Positions 1 to 8,141 of a DNA stretch of 64,000 nt are shown here, one piece after another. Origin of the DNA: Clostridiales bacterium. Lineage in GTDB: Bacteria > Bacillota > Clostridia > Christensenellales > UBA1242. Where the stretch lies: the NCBI GenBank assembly GCA_918262735.1, contig CAKJYJ010000005.1, positions 73,099 to 137,098 on the forward strand. Reading direction: 5' to 3'. The notes under the pieces were generated by a model. It saw nothing but the letters and a program-made list of their open reading frames with translations. It ran no database searches and was not told where the DNA came from. The position numbers were made by a program, and so were the translations under genes. Positions within the stretch are counted from its first letter, which is position 1; each line of letters begins with the position of its first letter.

Positions 1-285
1 GACCTTGGAAAAAATCTTTGCAGTGCAATTGGAACCGTTTATGCAAATGACAAGGTTGGTCCAAGATATTTGAACTTAGCCGAAGGTTACATCACCAAAC
101 TTGCATTAGATGAAAATAACGAAATAATCGGTTATGAGTATGTTAATGTTGGTGCATTAATGAAATCACTTGAGGCTGGAACGCCATATGAAGAAGCAAG
201 ACAAAAATCTCAAAAGGTTTATGGGAGATTTAATGAAGCAGTAAAAGTCGTTAATCCAAGGAGTTGGTCACATGATGGAAAATAG
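1..285 (+). CDS. hypothetical protein, C-terminal fragment (5' end outside window)
   Basis: Frame +1 is open from base 1 (DLGKNLCSAIGTVYAN...) to TAG at 283-285. It overlaps the next gene by 14 nt. No family recognised. Confidence 0.5.
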   Translation, partial: DLGKNLCSAIGTVYANDKVGPRYLNLAEGYITKLALDENNEIIGYEYVNVGALMKSLEAGTPYEEARQKSQKVYGRFNEAVKVVNPRSWSHDGK

Positions 286-1249
286 AGTTGAAGAAACATT
301 AAAAAAATATGGATTTAAGAATATGGAAGACGTTTTCAACTGTTGTCTAAACGCAGGCATTAATGTTGAAGAAATTGTTCGTGGTGTTCAACCAATTTGC
401 TTTGATGACGCAGTAAACGCATATTCACTTGGTTGTGCAATTGCACTTAAATGTAAGGTTAAAAGTGCCGAAGAAACCGCAAAACTAATTGGTGAGGGTC
501 TGCAAGCATACTGCAAACTTGGTTCGGTTGCTGATGAACGTCAAATCGGTATTGGGCATGGAAATTTGGCAAGTAAACTTCTAAATGAGAACACAAAATG
601 TTTCTGTTTTTTGGCAGGTCATGAAAGTTTTGCTGCTGCGGAGGGTGCAATGGGCATTGCAAGAACGGCAAACAAAGTTCGTAAAACCCCACTAAAAGTA
701 ATATTAAACGGACTTGGAAAAGATGCTGCATATATCATTGCAAGGATAAATGGTTTTACCTATGTTGACACCACTTATGACCACATTACCCACACATTAA
801 AAGTTAATTATGAAAAACCATTTTCAACATCTGAAAGAGCCGCAGTTAAAGTTTATGGTGCTTATGATGTTCCTGAAGGTGTTGAAATAATGAAACTAGA
901 AAAAGTTGATGTTTCAATCACGGGAAATTCAACAAATCCAGTTCGTTTCCAACATCCAGTTGCTGGAACATATAAAAAATGGTGCTACGATAATGGTAAG
1001 GAATACTTCTCGGTTGCTTCTGGCGGTGGTACCGGAAGAACCCTTCATCCAGATAATGTTGGCGCCGGCCCAGCATCTTATGGGTTAACCGACACAATGG
1101 GAAGAATGCACTGTGATGCACAATTTGCTGGTTCGTCTTCCGTTCCTGCACACGTTGAAATGATGGGATTTATTGGAATGGGAAACAACCCTATTGTTGG
1201 TGCAACAGTTGCACTTGCAGTAAGCACAGCAATCGCAAATAATAAGTAA
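272..1249 (+). CDS. GGGtGRT family protein (function unknown)
   Basis: 325 aa containing the eponymous motif SVASGGGTGRTLHPDN. AGGAG lies 8 nt upstream of the ATG, and the gene is translationally coupled to the upstream ORF. Confidence 0.7.
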   Translation: MMENRVEETLKKYGFKNMEDVFNCCLNAGINVEEIVRGVQPICFDDAVNAYSLGCAIALKCKVKSAEETAKLIGEGLQAYCKLGSVADERQIGIGHGNLASKLLNENTKCFCFLAGHESFAAAEGAMGIARTANKVRKTPLKVILNGLGKDAAYIIARINGFTYVDTTYDHITHTLKVNYEKPFSTSERAAVKVYGAYDVPEGVEIMKLEKVDVSITGNSTNPVRFQHPVAGTYKKWCYDNGKEYFSVASGGGTGRTLHPDNVGAGPASYGLTDTMGRMHCDAQFAGSSSVPAHVEMMGFIGMGNNPIVGATVALAVSTAIANNK

Positions 1250-1260
1250 GGAAAAAATAT

Positions 1261-1695
1261 ATGAGAGCAATTGTTCAAAGAGTTAATCATGCAGCACTAT
1301 CTGTTGATGGCAAAGAAGTTTCACACATCAGCCGTGGGTTTATGGTGCTTCTTGGTATTTCTTGCACAGACACCGAGCAAGACGCAAAATACATTGCAGA
1401 AAAATTACCTAAACTTAGAATATATGATGATGACCAAGGAAAAATGAATTTAAGCCTTTTAGATATTGGTGGTGAAATTTTAATTGTTAGTAACTTTACC
1501 CTATATGCAGAAACAAAAGGAACAAACAGACCAAGTTTTTGTAAGGCAGCAAATGCAACACTGGCACAACCTCTTTATAATTTGGTTGTGGATTTATTAA
1601 AGCAAAAACTACCAACAAAAACTGGAGTGTTCCATGAACATATGCATATTGATATGGAGGCAGATGGACCAGTTACAATTGTAATGGATTCTTAA
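1261..1695 (+). CDS. dtd: D-aminoacyl-tRNA deacylase
   Basis: 144 aa. MRAIVQRV...GFMVLLGI...SNFTLYAE...RPSF pattern typical of Dtd. AAGGA RBS. Confidence 0.9.
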   Translation: MRAIVQRVNHAALSVDGKEVSHISRGFMVLLGISCTDTEQDAKYIAEKLPKLRIYDDDQGKMNLSLLDIGGEILIVSNFTLYAETKGTNRPSFCKAANATLAQPLYNLVVDLLKQKLPTKTGVFHEHMHIDMEADGPVTIVMDS

Positions 1696-1724
1696 TTAAT
1701 ACAGCATTTTAACAAAAAAATAAC

Positions 1725-1764
1725 AAAAAATTGGCAAAATTAATGAAATTCTGCCAATTTTTTA
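1725..1764. terminator. bidirectional intrinsic terminator between dtd (+) and mnmA (-)
   Basis: ATTGGCA (1730-1736) pairs with TGCCAAT (1752-1758), flanked by an A-run and a T-run. Confidence 0.6.
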
Positions 1765-1787
1765 ATAATTTTATTAATTTTTTATTT

Positions 1788-2873
1788 TTATTTGAACACT
1801 TTGTCTATAACCGCACCACCCAAGCAAACACTGTTTCCATCTGACAAGTTGTTATATAAAACAACATATTGACCAGGGGTAACTGCCCTTTGTTTTTCAT
1901 AAAATGTTACCTCAATATTATCTCCCAAAACCTTAACATGAACTTTTTGGTCTGGCTGACGATATCTAAATTTTGCATAGCAATCAAATTCGGTTTCTTG
2001 TGGTTTTTCCGGAATCCAATTAAACTTTTCAGAAATCATTGAACTAGAAAATAGTTCCTCTCCTTCCCCTTGTGAAACATATAGAATATTATTTTGCAAG
2101 TCTTTTGAAATAACAAACCATCTTTCTCCATTGCTATCAGATCTTCCACCAATTCCAAGCCCACGGCGCTGACCTAGTGTGTAATACATTAATCCATCGT
2201 GCGTGCCAACCACTCTGCCATCAAGGGTCATAATTTTGCCTTTTTTTGCTGGTAGGTATTCGCTTAGAAATTTTTTAAAATTTCTTTCACCAATAAAGCA
2301 TATTCCCGTGCTATCTTTTTTATTTGCATTAACCAACCCTAATTTTGTTGCAATTTCTCGAACTTTTGGTTTTTCAATGTCCTCTAGTGGAAACAAAACA
2401 CTTTTCAATTGTTCCTGCGAAAGCTGATTAAGAAAATATGATTGATCTTTATTTAAGTCCTTTGCCTTGCAAAGATAATACTTTCCATCTTTTTCAATTT
2501 TTTTACAGTAATGACCCGTTGCAATGTAATCTGCACCAATTTTTTTTGCAAATTCTAAAAACGGTCCAAATTTTATTTCCCTATTACACAAAACGTCTGG
2601 ATTTGGAGTTCTGCCCTTTTTGTATTCGTCCAAGAAATATTTGAACACTCTGTCGTAATATTCTTTTGCATAATTAACACTGTAGTAAGGTATGCCAATT
2701 GCATTGCAAACTCTTTTAACATCTTCGTAATCTTGTTCAGCAGTACAATTAACCGAATCCTCTTCCCAATTTATCATAAAAAGCCCAATAACCTCATGGC
2801 CCTGTTGCTTTAACAAATACGCTGCAACCGAAGAGTCAACACCACCACTAACACCAACAACAATCCTTGCCAT
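1788..2873 (-). CDS. mnmA: tRNA 2-thiouridine(34) synthase MnmA
   Basis: 361 aa. N-terminal PP-loop [11 protein letters not shown] and full-length MnmA-like sequence. Confidence 0.92.
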   Translation of the reverse strand: MARIVVGVSGGVDSSVAAYLLKQQGHEVIGLFMINWEEDSVNCTAEQDYEDVKRVCNAIGIPYYSVNYAKEYYDRVFKYFLDEYKKGRTPNPDVLCNREIKFGPFLEFAKKIGADYIATGHYCKKIEKDGKYYLCKAKDLNKDQSYFLNQLSQEQLKSVLFPLEDIEKPKVREIATKLGLVNANKKDSTGICFIGERNFKKFLSEYLPAKKGKIMTLDGRVVGTHDGLMYYTLGQRRGLGIGGRSDSNGERWFVISKDLQNNILYVSQGEGEELFSSSMISEKFNWIPEKPQETEFDCYAKFRYRQPDQKVHVKVLGDNIEVTFYEKQRAVTPGQYVVLYNNLSDGNSVCLGGAVIDKVFK

Positions 2874-3349
2874 TATTTCTTATCTCCTTCCATAAAATCA
2901 ACAGCAACTGGAATTCTATACTTACTTATTGCTCCATCAATAAAATCCCACAACCATATTATTGTGTTTATTCCAATTGGAACGCTAAAATACGACATAA
3001 CCTTATCTAAATTTGGAATAATAGAACTGGTTGCGACTAAAATTATTGTTATTAACCCAAGTATTAATGCAATCACTGCTTTTACATACCTTCCAACATA
3101 AAAGTTATGTGCCCCCCAAAAACCAAGGAACCCGCACAACAATAAGAACTTTTTCTTACTTACATCCTTAGGAAATTGTTTTGCCTTAACGGTTTCATCA
3201 CCCTTTCCTGCAAGTATTAATTGTTTCGCCAGCATATTACTACCATTCTCTACTCTAGAAAAAATCAGCCCACAAGACGAGCATCTGTAAGCCGTGTAAT
3301 CATTTTTTGTGTCGCACCTAGGACACCTTTTTGTGTAATTTCTTCTCAT
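2873..3349 (-). CDS. zinc-ribbon / TM2 domain membrane protein
   Basis: CPRCDT...CSSCG zinc ribbon followed by a TM2-like [20 protein letters not shown]. Start moved to ATG 3349 ([12 protein letters not shown]); the 36-codon upstream extension in the ORF track reads through AT-rich promoter-like sequence. The stop overlaps the mnmA ATG by 1 nt. Confidence 0.7.
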   Translation of the reverse strand: MRRNYTKRCPRCDTKNDYTAYRCSSCGLIFSRVENGSNMLAKQLILAGKGDETVKAKQFPKDVSKKKFLLLCGFLGFWGAHNFYVGRYVKAVIALILGLITIILVATSSIIPNLDKVMSYFSVPIGINTIIWLWDFIDGAISKYRIPVAVDFMEGDKK

Positions 3350-3489
3350 TGTGAAAATTGTATCACATTTACACTTTATTGTCAAAAAAACAGTGAGTAT
3401 TAACAAAAAATATATAAATATATGTAAAAAATCAAAAAAAACAATTAAAAATATCACATTTTTATGATATACTTAAATGGAGGTTACAT

Positions 3490-3975
3490 ATGATAACATA
3501 TAGAATTGCAACCCAAGAAGACTTGGAAAAAATATGGAATAAAGATATTGCTAAAAACAATAATGATGAACTATGGATACGTTGGAAGGACCAATACATT
3601 TATTATAACAAAACAGGTATGGCAACAACTTTTGTTGCTAAAAATAATGATGAACCCATTGGGCAAATTACAGTTTTATTCTCGCAGGATTGTTCCGCCG
3701 TTAAGAATAGACCAATGCTTTGCGATGGTAAAACAACAGCAAATATGAACGCATTTAGAATCGATAAAAAATACGAAGGACAGGGACACATTTCAAACTT
3801 GGTAAAAATGGCAGAAAAATATGCAAAACAAAAAGGGATAGAATATTTAACAATTGGTAGCGAAGCAAAAGAAAGTAGAAATCTAGCGATATATTTGCAT
3901 TTTGGCTACTTAGAATTTGTAACAAGTTTTGTTGAAGATGATGAGCTTGTGCTATTTTATAAAAAAAGGATTTAA
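3490..3975 (+). CDS. GNAT family N-acetyltransferase
   Basis: 161 aa. Acetyl-CoA binding-type segment RIDKKYEGQGHISNLV. GGAGG RBS upstream. Confidence 0.75.
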   Translation: MITYRIATQEDLEKIWNKDIAKNNNDELWIRWKDQYIYYNKTGMATTFVAKNNDEPIGQITVLFSQDCSAVKNRPMLCDGKTTANMNAFRIDKKYEGQGHISNLVKMAEKYAKQKGIEYLTIGSEAKESRNLAIYLHFGYLEFVTSFVEDDELVLFYKKRI

Positions 3976-3990
3976 CATTAAGGAGAAAAT

Positions 3991-4290
3991 ATGAAGGTTG
4001 TAACAATTTGTGGAAGTATGCAATTTGCAAACGAAATGCAAACAATTTCCAGAACTCTCGCAAAAGATAATGGTTGGTGCGTTCTTCAATGCGTTTATGG
4101 TATTGACCCCTCCAAAACAAGCAAAGAACAGTTTGATTTATTAAAAAAAGAACACTTAAAAAGAATTGATTTGTCAGATGCTATTTATGTTGTTAATATC
4201 AATGGTTACATTGGAGATTCAACAAAATTTGAAATTGAATATGCGCAAAAAAATAAAAAAGAAATAATCTATCACGAAAGAGTAAATTAA
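3991..4290 (+). CDS. small nucleoside 2-deoxyribosyltransferase-like (NDT superfamily) protein
   Basis: 99 aa. N-terminal VTICGSMQF and C-terminal GYIGDSTKFEIEYA (Glu-containing) resemble the NDT/DNPH1-like fold. AGGAG RBS. Family assignment from memory only. Confidence 0.4.
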   Translation: MKVVTICGSMQFANEMQTISRTLAKDNGWCVLQCVYGIDPSKTSKEQFDLLKKEHLKRIDLSDAIYVVNINGYIGDSTKFEIEYAQKNKKEIIYHERVN

Positions 4291-4316
4291 AAAACCACCA
4301 AGCCTGGTGGTTTTTT
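4291..4316. terminator. bidirectional intrinsic terminator
   Basis: AAAAA-CCACCA-agcc-TGGTGG-TTTTTT between convergent genes. Confidence 0.85.
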
Positions 4317-4331
4317 AACAATAAATGTTAA

Positions 4332-4817
4332 TTAAAACTCTAAATAACTACTATTTTTGAAATGTTCTTCTCTTCTCTTTACTTCTTCTGTTTGCTGTAA
4401 GATTGGTTCTGCCAATTTTGTTGCAGCAACAATGTCACTCGTTGACATGTATTGATAGACATCTATTTCTGGATAATCGTATGGTGAATAATCGCAATGA
4501 TTATCATCTTTATAATATTTTTTTAGTGCCTTTTCAACTTGCTTTGCTTCACCTTTTAAAGATACGAATGCCCTTGTTCCTGCAATTCCATATATCTTGT
4601 TAAAATCGTATTGAATATAATCTTTTGTGTTTAGTATTTTTTTATAATCAATTCTAAACTCAACTCCGTAATCGCCACCGAGTTTTGGAATATCACACAC
4701 CTCGCCAGTCATAAGATTTTTTAATCTTGACCCATTTGTGTTTTTAACAAAAACTGATAGTTTTCGTCGCTGTAAATCATAAATCCAGCACAGCTCGCAT
4801 AACATAAAGCTTTCCAT
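4332..4817 (-). CDS. hypothetical protein
   Basis: 161 aa from ATG 4817 (MESFML...), which has a GGGAGGGG RBS 5 nt upstream. No family recognised. Confidence 0.6.
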   Translation of the reverse strand: MESFMLCELCWIYDLQRRKLSVFVKNTNGSRLKNLMTGEVCDIPKLGGDYGVEFRIDYKKILNTKDYIQYDFNKIYGIAGTRAFVSLKGEAKQVEKALKKYYKDDNHCDYSPYDYPEIDVYQYMSTSDIVAATKLAEPILQQTEEVKRREEHFKNSSYLEF

Positions 4818-5028
4818 AATTACCCCTCCCATAAAACACTAATATTGTACAACACATTTTTGCCGACGTCAATATGTGTTTTGTAATGATTTTTCAAGAT
4901 AGTATAAATAATAATATCTTCAAAAGTATTCATTTATTATTATCCATAAATCAGAAAAGTATTAAATAATACTCTGACTCTTTCTAATGGGTTATGGTAA
5001 AATAAACATTGTTTTGCGATTGGCCAAC

Positions 5029-6129
5029 TCACAATAAATCATTGATTATATAATTCAGTTGATTAAGACATGTTTCTTTAGAATACTTTTTTAACACATC
5101 CTCCCTAGCATTTGTTCCAATTTTTTTCAATATTTTTGGATCATCAATTTCATTAATACACCTTGCAAGGTCTTCGGCATCATATGTGTTAATCAAAAAA
5201 CCATTCTCTCCATTTTCAATCATCTCCTTAGGCCCAGTTGGGCAATTTGTTGAAACGACTGGCATGCCCAAAGCCATGGCTTCAAGCAGTGCATTTGGAA
5301 AACCTTCATATTTGGAAGATAAAACAAACAAATCATAATTTATCTCAACACTAAATATTTCATGAGTTTTCCCTTTTAATATTATTTGATTTTGAAGGTT
5401 TTTATTCTCAATGTATTCTTTTAATTTCGTCTTATAACGGCCATCACCATAAATATGCAAATTAATTGTTTTCCCATATTTATTTTTTAATATCTCAACA
5501 GCATCTATAAGCATTCTTTGATTTTTCTGTTCACAAAGTCTACCAATTGAAATAATATTCTTTATACTAGAATAACTTTCTTTTTTCATATTTTCAATTG
5601 CTGGGTTTACAAGATTACACACAACATAAGATTTTACATTTTTAAAATGTTTAAAATATGTTGTTTGTTCTTCATTTTGGACAATAACTACTTTACGTTT
5701 TTTTATAAGATGATTTAACAGTTTTCTAATTATTATGTTACGTTTATTTGGCTCATGCCAAGGGCTGTTTCTTATTGTTTGTGCAACAACTGTTTCCTTG
5801 GGAGCAGCAATAGCACACAAAAGATCTGAGTATACTAAAAATGGAATAATAATATCTTGTGGATTTTTATTTAGATACTGCTTTAAAATTTTACACTTCT
5901 TAAGAAATCTAACCAGCCCACTCTTTTTCTGGTAGTCTGTTAGCGATGAATATAAATAAGCCCTTTTCACATTGCTGCTTAACGGATATTCATCTTCGGT
6001 GGGATAATATGATAATAATGTTACTTCATAGCCATCATTATCGAGTAAATTTGCCCATAAACTAGCAGCTCTTTCTGCACCACCGCCACAAGCAATAACT
6101 CTTGAAACAATCATTATTCTTTTTTTCAT
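5029..6129 (-). CDS. glycosyltransferase family 4 (GT-B, GT1/GT4-type)
   Basis: C-terminal EGFPNALLEAMALGMPVVSTNCPTGPKEMI motif. Start set to ATG 6129 (MKKRIMIVSR) with GGAGA 8 nt upstream. Confidence 0.85.
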   Translation of the reverse strand: MKKRIMIVSRVIACGGGAERAASLWANLLDNDGYEVTLLSYYPTEDEYPLSSNVKRAYLYSSLTDYQKKSGLVRFLKKCKILKQYLNKNPQDIIIPFLVYSDLLCAIAAPKETVVAQTIRNSPWHEPNKRNIIIRKLLNHLIKKRKVVIVQNEEQTTYFKHFKNVKSYVVCNLVNPAIENMKKESYSSIKNIISIGRLCEQKNQRMLIDAVEILKNKYGKTINLHIYGDGRYKTKLKEYIENKNLQNQIILKGKTHEIFSVEINYDLFVLSSKYEGFPNALLEAMALGMPVVSTNCPTGPKEMIENGENGFLINTYDAEDLARCINEIDDPKILKKIGTNAREDVLKKYSKETCLNQLNYIINDLL

Positions 6130-6311
6130 AACAAATCTCCAATCTAAGGATAGCATAATCCTTGTTTAAAAGCAACAAAACACATTAGAATAATACAAAA
6201 ATAAAACCATTTTGGGACTTATAAATATTTTTATTTTTATTTGTTACAATGCACAAAAATAAGAATATCAAGACAATAATAAAAATCTTCCTCGCCATTC
6301 AGAATTGTTAC

Positions 6312-6369
6312 TGAAGATGTTCAGTGAGCAAGGAAAGCGCTGATAGGCTCCAGCGCAAATGAAATTTGC
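6312..6369. repeat. repeat core A (most diverged copy)
   Basis: Minus strand reads GCAAATTTCATTTGCGCTGGAGCCTATCAGCGCTTTCCTTGCTCACTGAACATCTTCA. Confidence 0.8.
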
Positions 6370-6424
6370 GTTTAATTTTGCAAAGCAAAATTAAAAACCT
6401 TCTTACAGGCTACAAGGGAGCCAA

Positions 6425-6482
6425 TGGAGCTGTTCAGTGAGCGGAGCGAACGCTGATAAGCTCCAGTGCAAACGTTGTTTGC
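6425..6482. repeat. repeat core B
   Basis: Minus strand reads GCAAACAACGTTTGCACTGGAGCTTATCAGCGTTCGCTCCGCTCACTGAACAGCTCCA. Confidence 0.8.
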
Positions 6483-6536
6483 TTTTGGTTTTGTAACCTA
6501 AAAATTAAAAAATCTTCTTACAAATTGCAAGAGGGT

Positions 6537-6594
6537 TGGAGATGTTCAGTGAGCGGAGCGAACGCTGATAAGCTCCAGTGCAAACGTTGTTTGC
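6537..6594. repeat. repeat core C
   Basis: Same as B except for one base near the 3' end (ACATCTCCA). Confidence 0.8.
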
Positions 6595-6648
6595 CTTTAT
6601 TTTTGCGATAATATAATAAAAATCTTCCTCGCAATTCAGAATTGTTAC

Positions 6649-6706
6649 TGGAGATGTTCAGTGAGCAAAGCGAACGCTGATAAGCTCCAGTGCAAATATT
6701 ATTTGC
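6649..6706. repeat. repeat core D
   Basis: Hairpin GCAAAT-AAT-ATTTGC (compensatory change relative to B and C). The core is followed by the GTAAC trailer, as is the tRNA. Confidence 0.8.
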
Positions 6707-6728
6707 ATTTAATTTTGCGATGCAAAAT

Positions 6729-6755
6729 TAAAAAAACTCTTGCAAAGCAAGAGTT
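6729..6755 (-). terminator. intrinsic terminator downstream of tRNA-Thr
   Basis: Minus strand: AACTCTTGC-TTT-GCAAGAGTT followed by TTTTTTT. Confidence 0.8.
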
Positions 6756-6757
6756 AC

Positions 6758-6832
6758 TGGAGCTGATGGCGGGAATCGGACCCGCGACCACCACCTTACC
6801 AAGGTGGTGCTCTACCCCTGAGCCACATCAGC
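6758..6832 (-). tRNA. tRNA-Thr (anticodon GGT), CCA encoded
   Basis: Manual cloverleaf: acceptor GCTGATG/CATCAGC, D arm GCTC-AGGGGTA-GAGC, anticodon arm CCACC-TTGGTAA-GGTGG, variable loop TGGTC, T arm GCGGG-TCCGATT-CCCGC, discriminator T, then CCA. 75 nt. Confidence 0.9.
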
Positions 6833-6893
6833 AAAATATTAAATAGTTATTGTTTTTTTTGAAAACATATCTTTTCAAAACAACAACGGTGTT

Positions 6894-6922
6894 AGTATAA
6901 TATTAATAACACTCATTGTCAA
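6894..6922 (-). promoter_or_regulatory. sigma-A type promoter for tRNA-Thr
   Basis: Minus strand: TTGACA (6922-6917), 17 nt spacer, TATACT (6899-6894), about 60 nt upstream of the tRNA 5' end. Confidence 0.6.
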
Positions 6923-6974
6923 GCAAATTTTGATTTTGTCAACTTTATAAAACCCATTTTTGCGTAATAAATAA

Positions 6975-7006
6975 AACAAAGGGCAAAGATTTTCTTTGCT
7001 CTTTAT
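6975..7006 (-). terminator. intrinsic terminator after wecB
   Basis: Minus strand: AGAGCAAAG-aaaat-CTTTGCCCT followed by a T-rich tract, immediately after the wecB stop. Confidence 0.6.
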
Positions 7007-7009
7007 TTT

Positions 7010-8140
7010 TTATTCTAAAATATCTTTGAATGCTTCAATTATGCTATCAGCGATTCGTTTGCTTGCAAGACCATCTCCATATGGATTTTGGGCAACGCTC
7101 ATTGCATTATATAACTCATTGTCGGTTAATAACCTTTTTGTTTCGTTATATATTGTTTCTTCATTTGTTCCAATAACTCTAAGGGTTCCAGCATCAACGC
7201 CCTCTGGACGCTCGGTTGTGTCCCTTAAAACTAAAACTGGTTTACCAAGGCTTGGAGCTTCTTCTTGAACCCCTCCACTATCGGTTAAAATTAAGTATGC
7301 CTTTGCCATAAAATTATGAAAATCAATTACTCCAAGTGGTTCAATTAATTTTATTCTATCGGCATTTTCATCATTGGTGAACATTTCGTATGCAAGGTCT
7401 CTAACAATTGGGTTAAGATGAACGGGATAAACAATTTTTATATCCTTAAATTCCTTTAACACCCTTTTTATTGCATTAAAAATATGCTTCATTGGTTCTC
7501 CCCAATTTTCCCTTCTGTGAGCGGTTAAAAGAACCATTCTGCTTCCCTCTGCCCAATCTAGTATTTCATTGCTGTATTCAGATGTAACTGTGTACTTTAA
7601 TGCATCTATGGCTGTGTTGCCGGTAACATAAATTGACTCTGGATTTTTTTGTTCATTTATTAAATTCTGCTTACTTAACTCTGTTGGTGAAAAGTTCATG
7701 TCTGCAAGCACTCCAACAAATTGTCTGTTTGCCTCTTCTGGGAATGGTGATTGAAGGTTATATGTTCTAAGCCCCGCTTCAACGTGCCCTATTTTTATTT
7801 TGTTATAAAACCCCGCAAGTGCACCAACAAAACTAGTTGTTGTGTCGCCATGAACTAAAATAATGTCTGGCTGAACTTCTTTTATAACCGTGTCTAACTT
7901 AACCAAAACACGGCTTGTGAGTTCGGTTAATGTTTGACCCTTTTGCATTATGTCTAAATCATAGTCTGGAACAATTTTGAAAATTTCCAAAACTTGGTCT
8001 AACATTTCTCTATGTTGCGCAGTTACACAAACAATTGTTTCAACTTCTTTTCTTTGTTTTAATTCAAGAACAAGAGGAGCCATTTTAATTGCTTCTGGTC
8101 TTGTTCCAAAAATTGTCATAACTTTAATTTTTCTTCCCAT
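7010..8140 (-). CDS. wecB: UDP-N-acetylglucosamine 2-epimerase (non-hydrolysing)
   Basis: 376 aa. MTIFGTRPEAIKMAPL...HVEAGLRT...DSGGVQEEAPSLGKPVLVLRDTTERPE, the classic WecB/MnaA signature. Confidence 0.92.
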   Translation of the reverse strand: MGRKIKVMTIFGTRPEAIKMAPLVLELKQRKEVETIVCVTAQHREMLDQVLEIFKIVPDYDLDIMQKGQTLTELTSRVLVKLDTVIKEVQPDIILVHGDTTTSFVGALAGFYNKIKIGHVEAGLRTYNLQSPFPEEANRQFVGVLADMNFSPTELSKQNLINEQKNPESIYVTGNTAIDALKYTVTSEYSNEILDWAEGSRMVLLTAHRRENWGEPMKHIFNAIKRVLKEFKDIKIVYPVHLNPIVRDLAYEMFTNDENADRIKLIEPLGVIDFHNFMAKAYLILTDSGGVQEEAPSLGKPVLVLRDTTERPEGVDAGTLRVIGTNEETIYNETKRLLTDNELYNAMSVAQNPYGDGLASKRIADSIIEAFKDILE

Positions 8141-8141
8141 A

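Larger units (their letters stand above)
6276..6757. repeat. tandem array of four ~112-nt units, each with a 58-nt GC-rich core, phased with tRNA-Thr
   Basis: The core motif TGTTCAGTGAGC..GCGAACGCTGATAAGCTCCAGTGCAAA starts at 6318, 6431, 6543 and 6655 (period 112-113 nt). Copies B and C are identical over 52 nt. The spacers are pairwise homologous (6276-6311 ~ 6613-6648; 6371-6398 ~ 6708-6736). Confidence 0.9.

Noticed and set aside
3350-3457. N-terminal extensions offered by the longest-ORF track (TM2 protein here, and also GT4 6130-6156, rpmI 22252-22272, infC 22829-22903, thrS 24898-24939, typA 50745-50789, pgk 56881-56901, 57839-gene 58403-58450)
   Set aside because: In each case an internal start has a good Shine-Dalgarno at 5-8 nt and matches the conserved protein N-terminus. 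The extension reads through AT-rich promoter or leader sequence.
6541-6567. Mini-ORF ATG-TTC-AGT-GAG-CGG-AGC-GAA-CGC-TGA (MFSERSER) inside each repeat core, with GGAG just upstream
   Set aside because: The GGAG abuts the ATG with no spacer, the start is CTG in copy B, and the substitutions in copies A and D do not preserve the peptide. An RNA or DNA-level element is more parsimonious.
6276-6757. CRISPR array interpretation of the ~112-nt periodic repeats
   Set aside because: The 'spacers' are themselves homologous to each other in pairs, and the repeats are 58 nt with internal divergence. Each unit carries terminator-like hairpins, and no cas genes are in the window.
6661-6846. 61-aa ORF from the six-frame track
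   Set aside because: It runs through repeat core D and antisense across the whole tRNA-Thr gene. It has no RBS, so it is spurious.
6157-6990. Integrative mobile element at the tRNA-Thr locus
   Set aside because: No integrase, recombinase or transposase lies anywhere nearby. No direct repeat of the tRNA 3' half is present beyond the short CTCCAGTAAC similarity. The flanking genes are ordinary polysaccharide genes.
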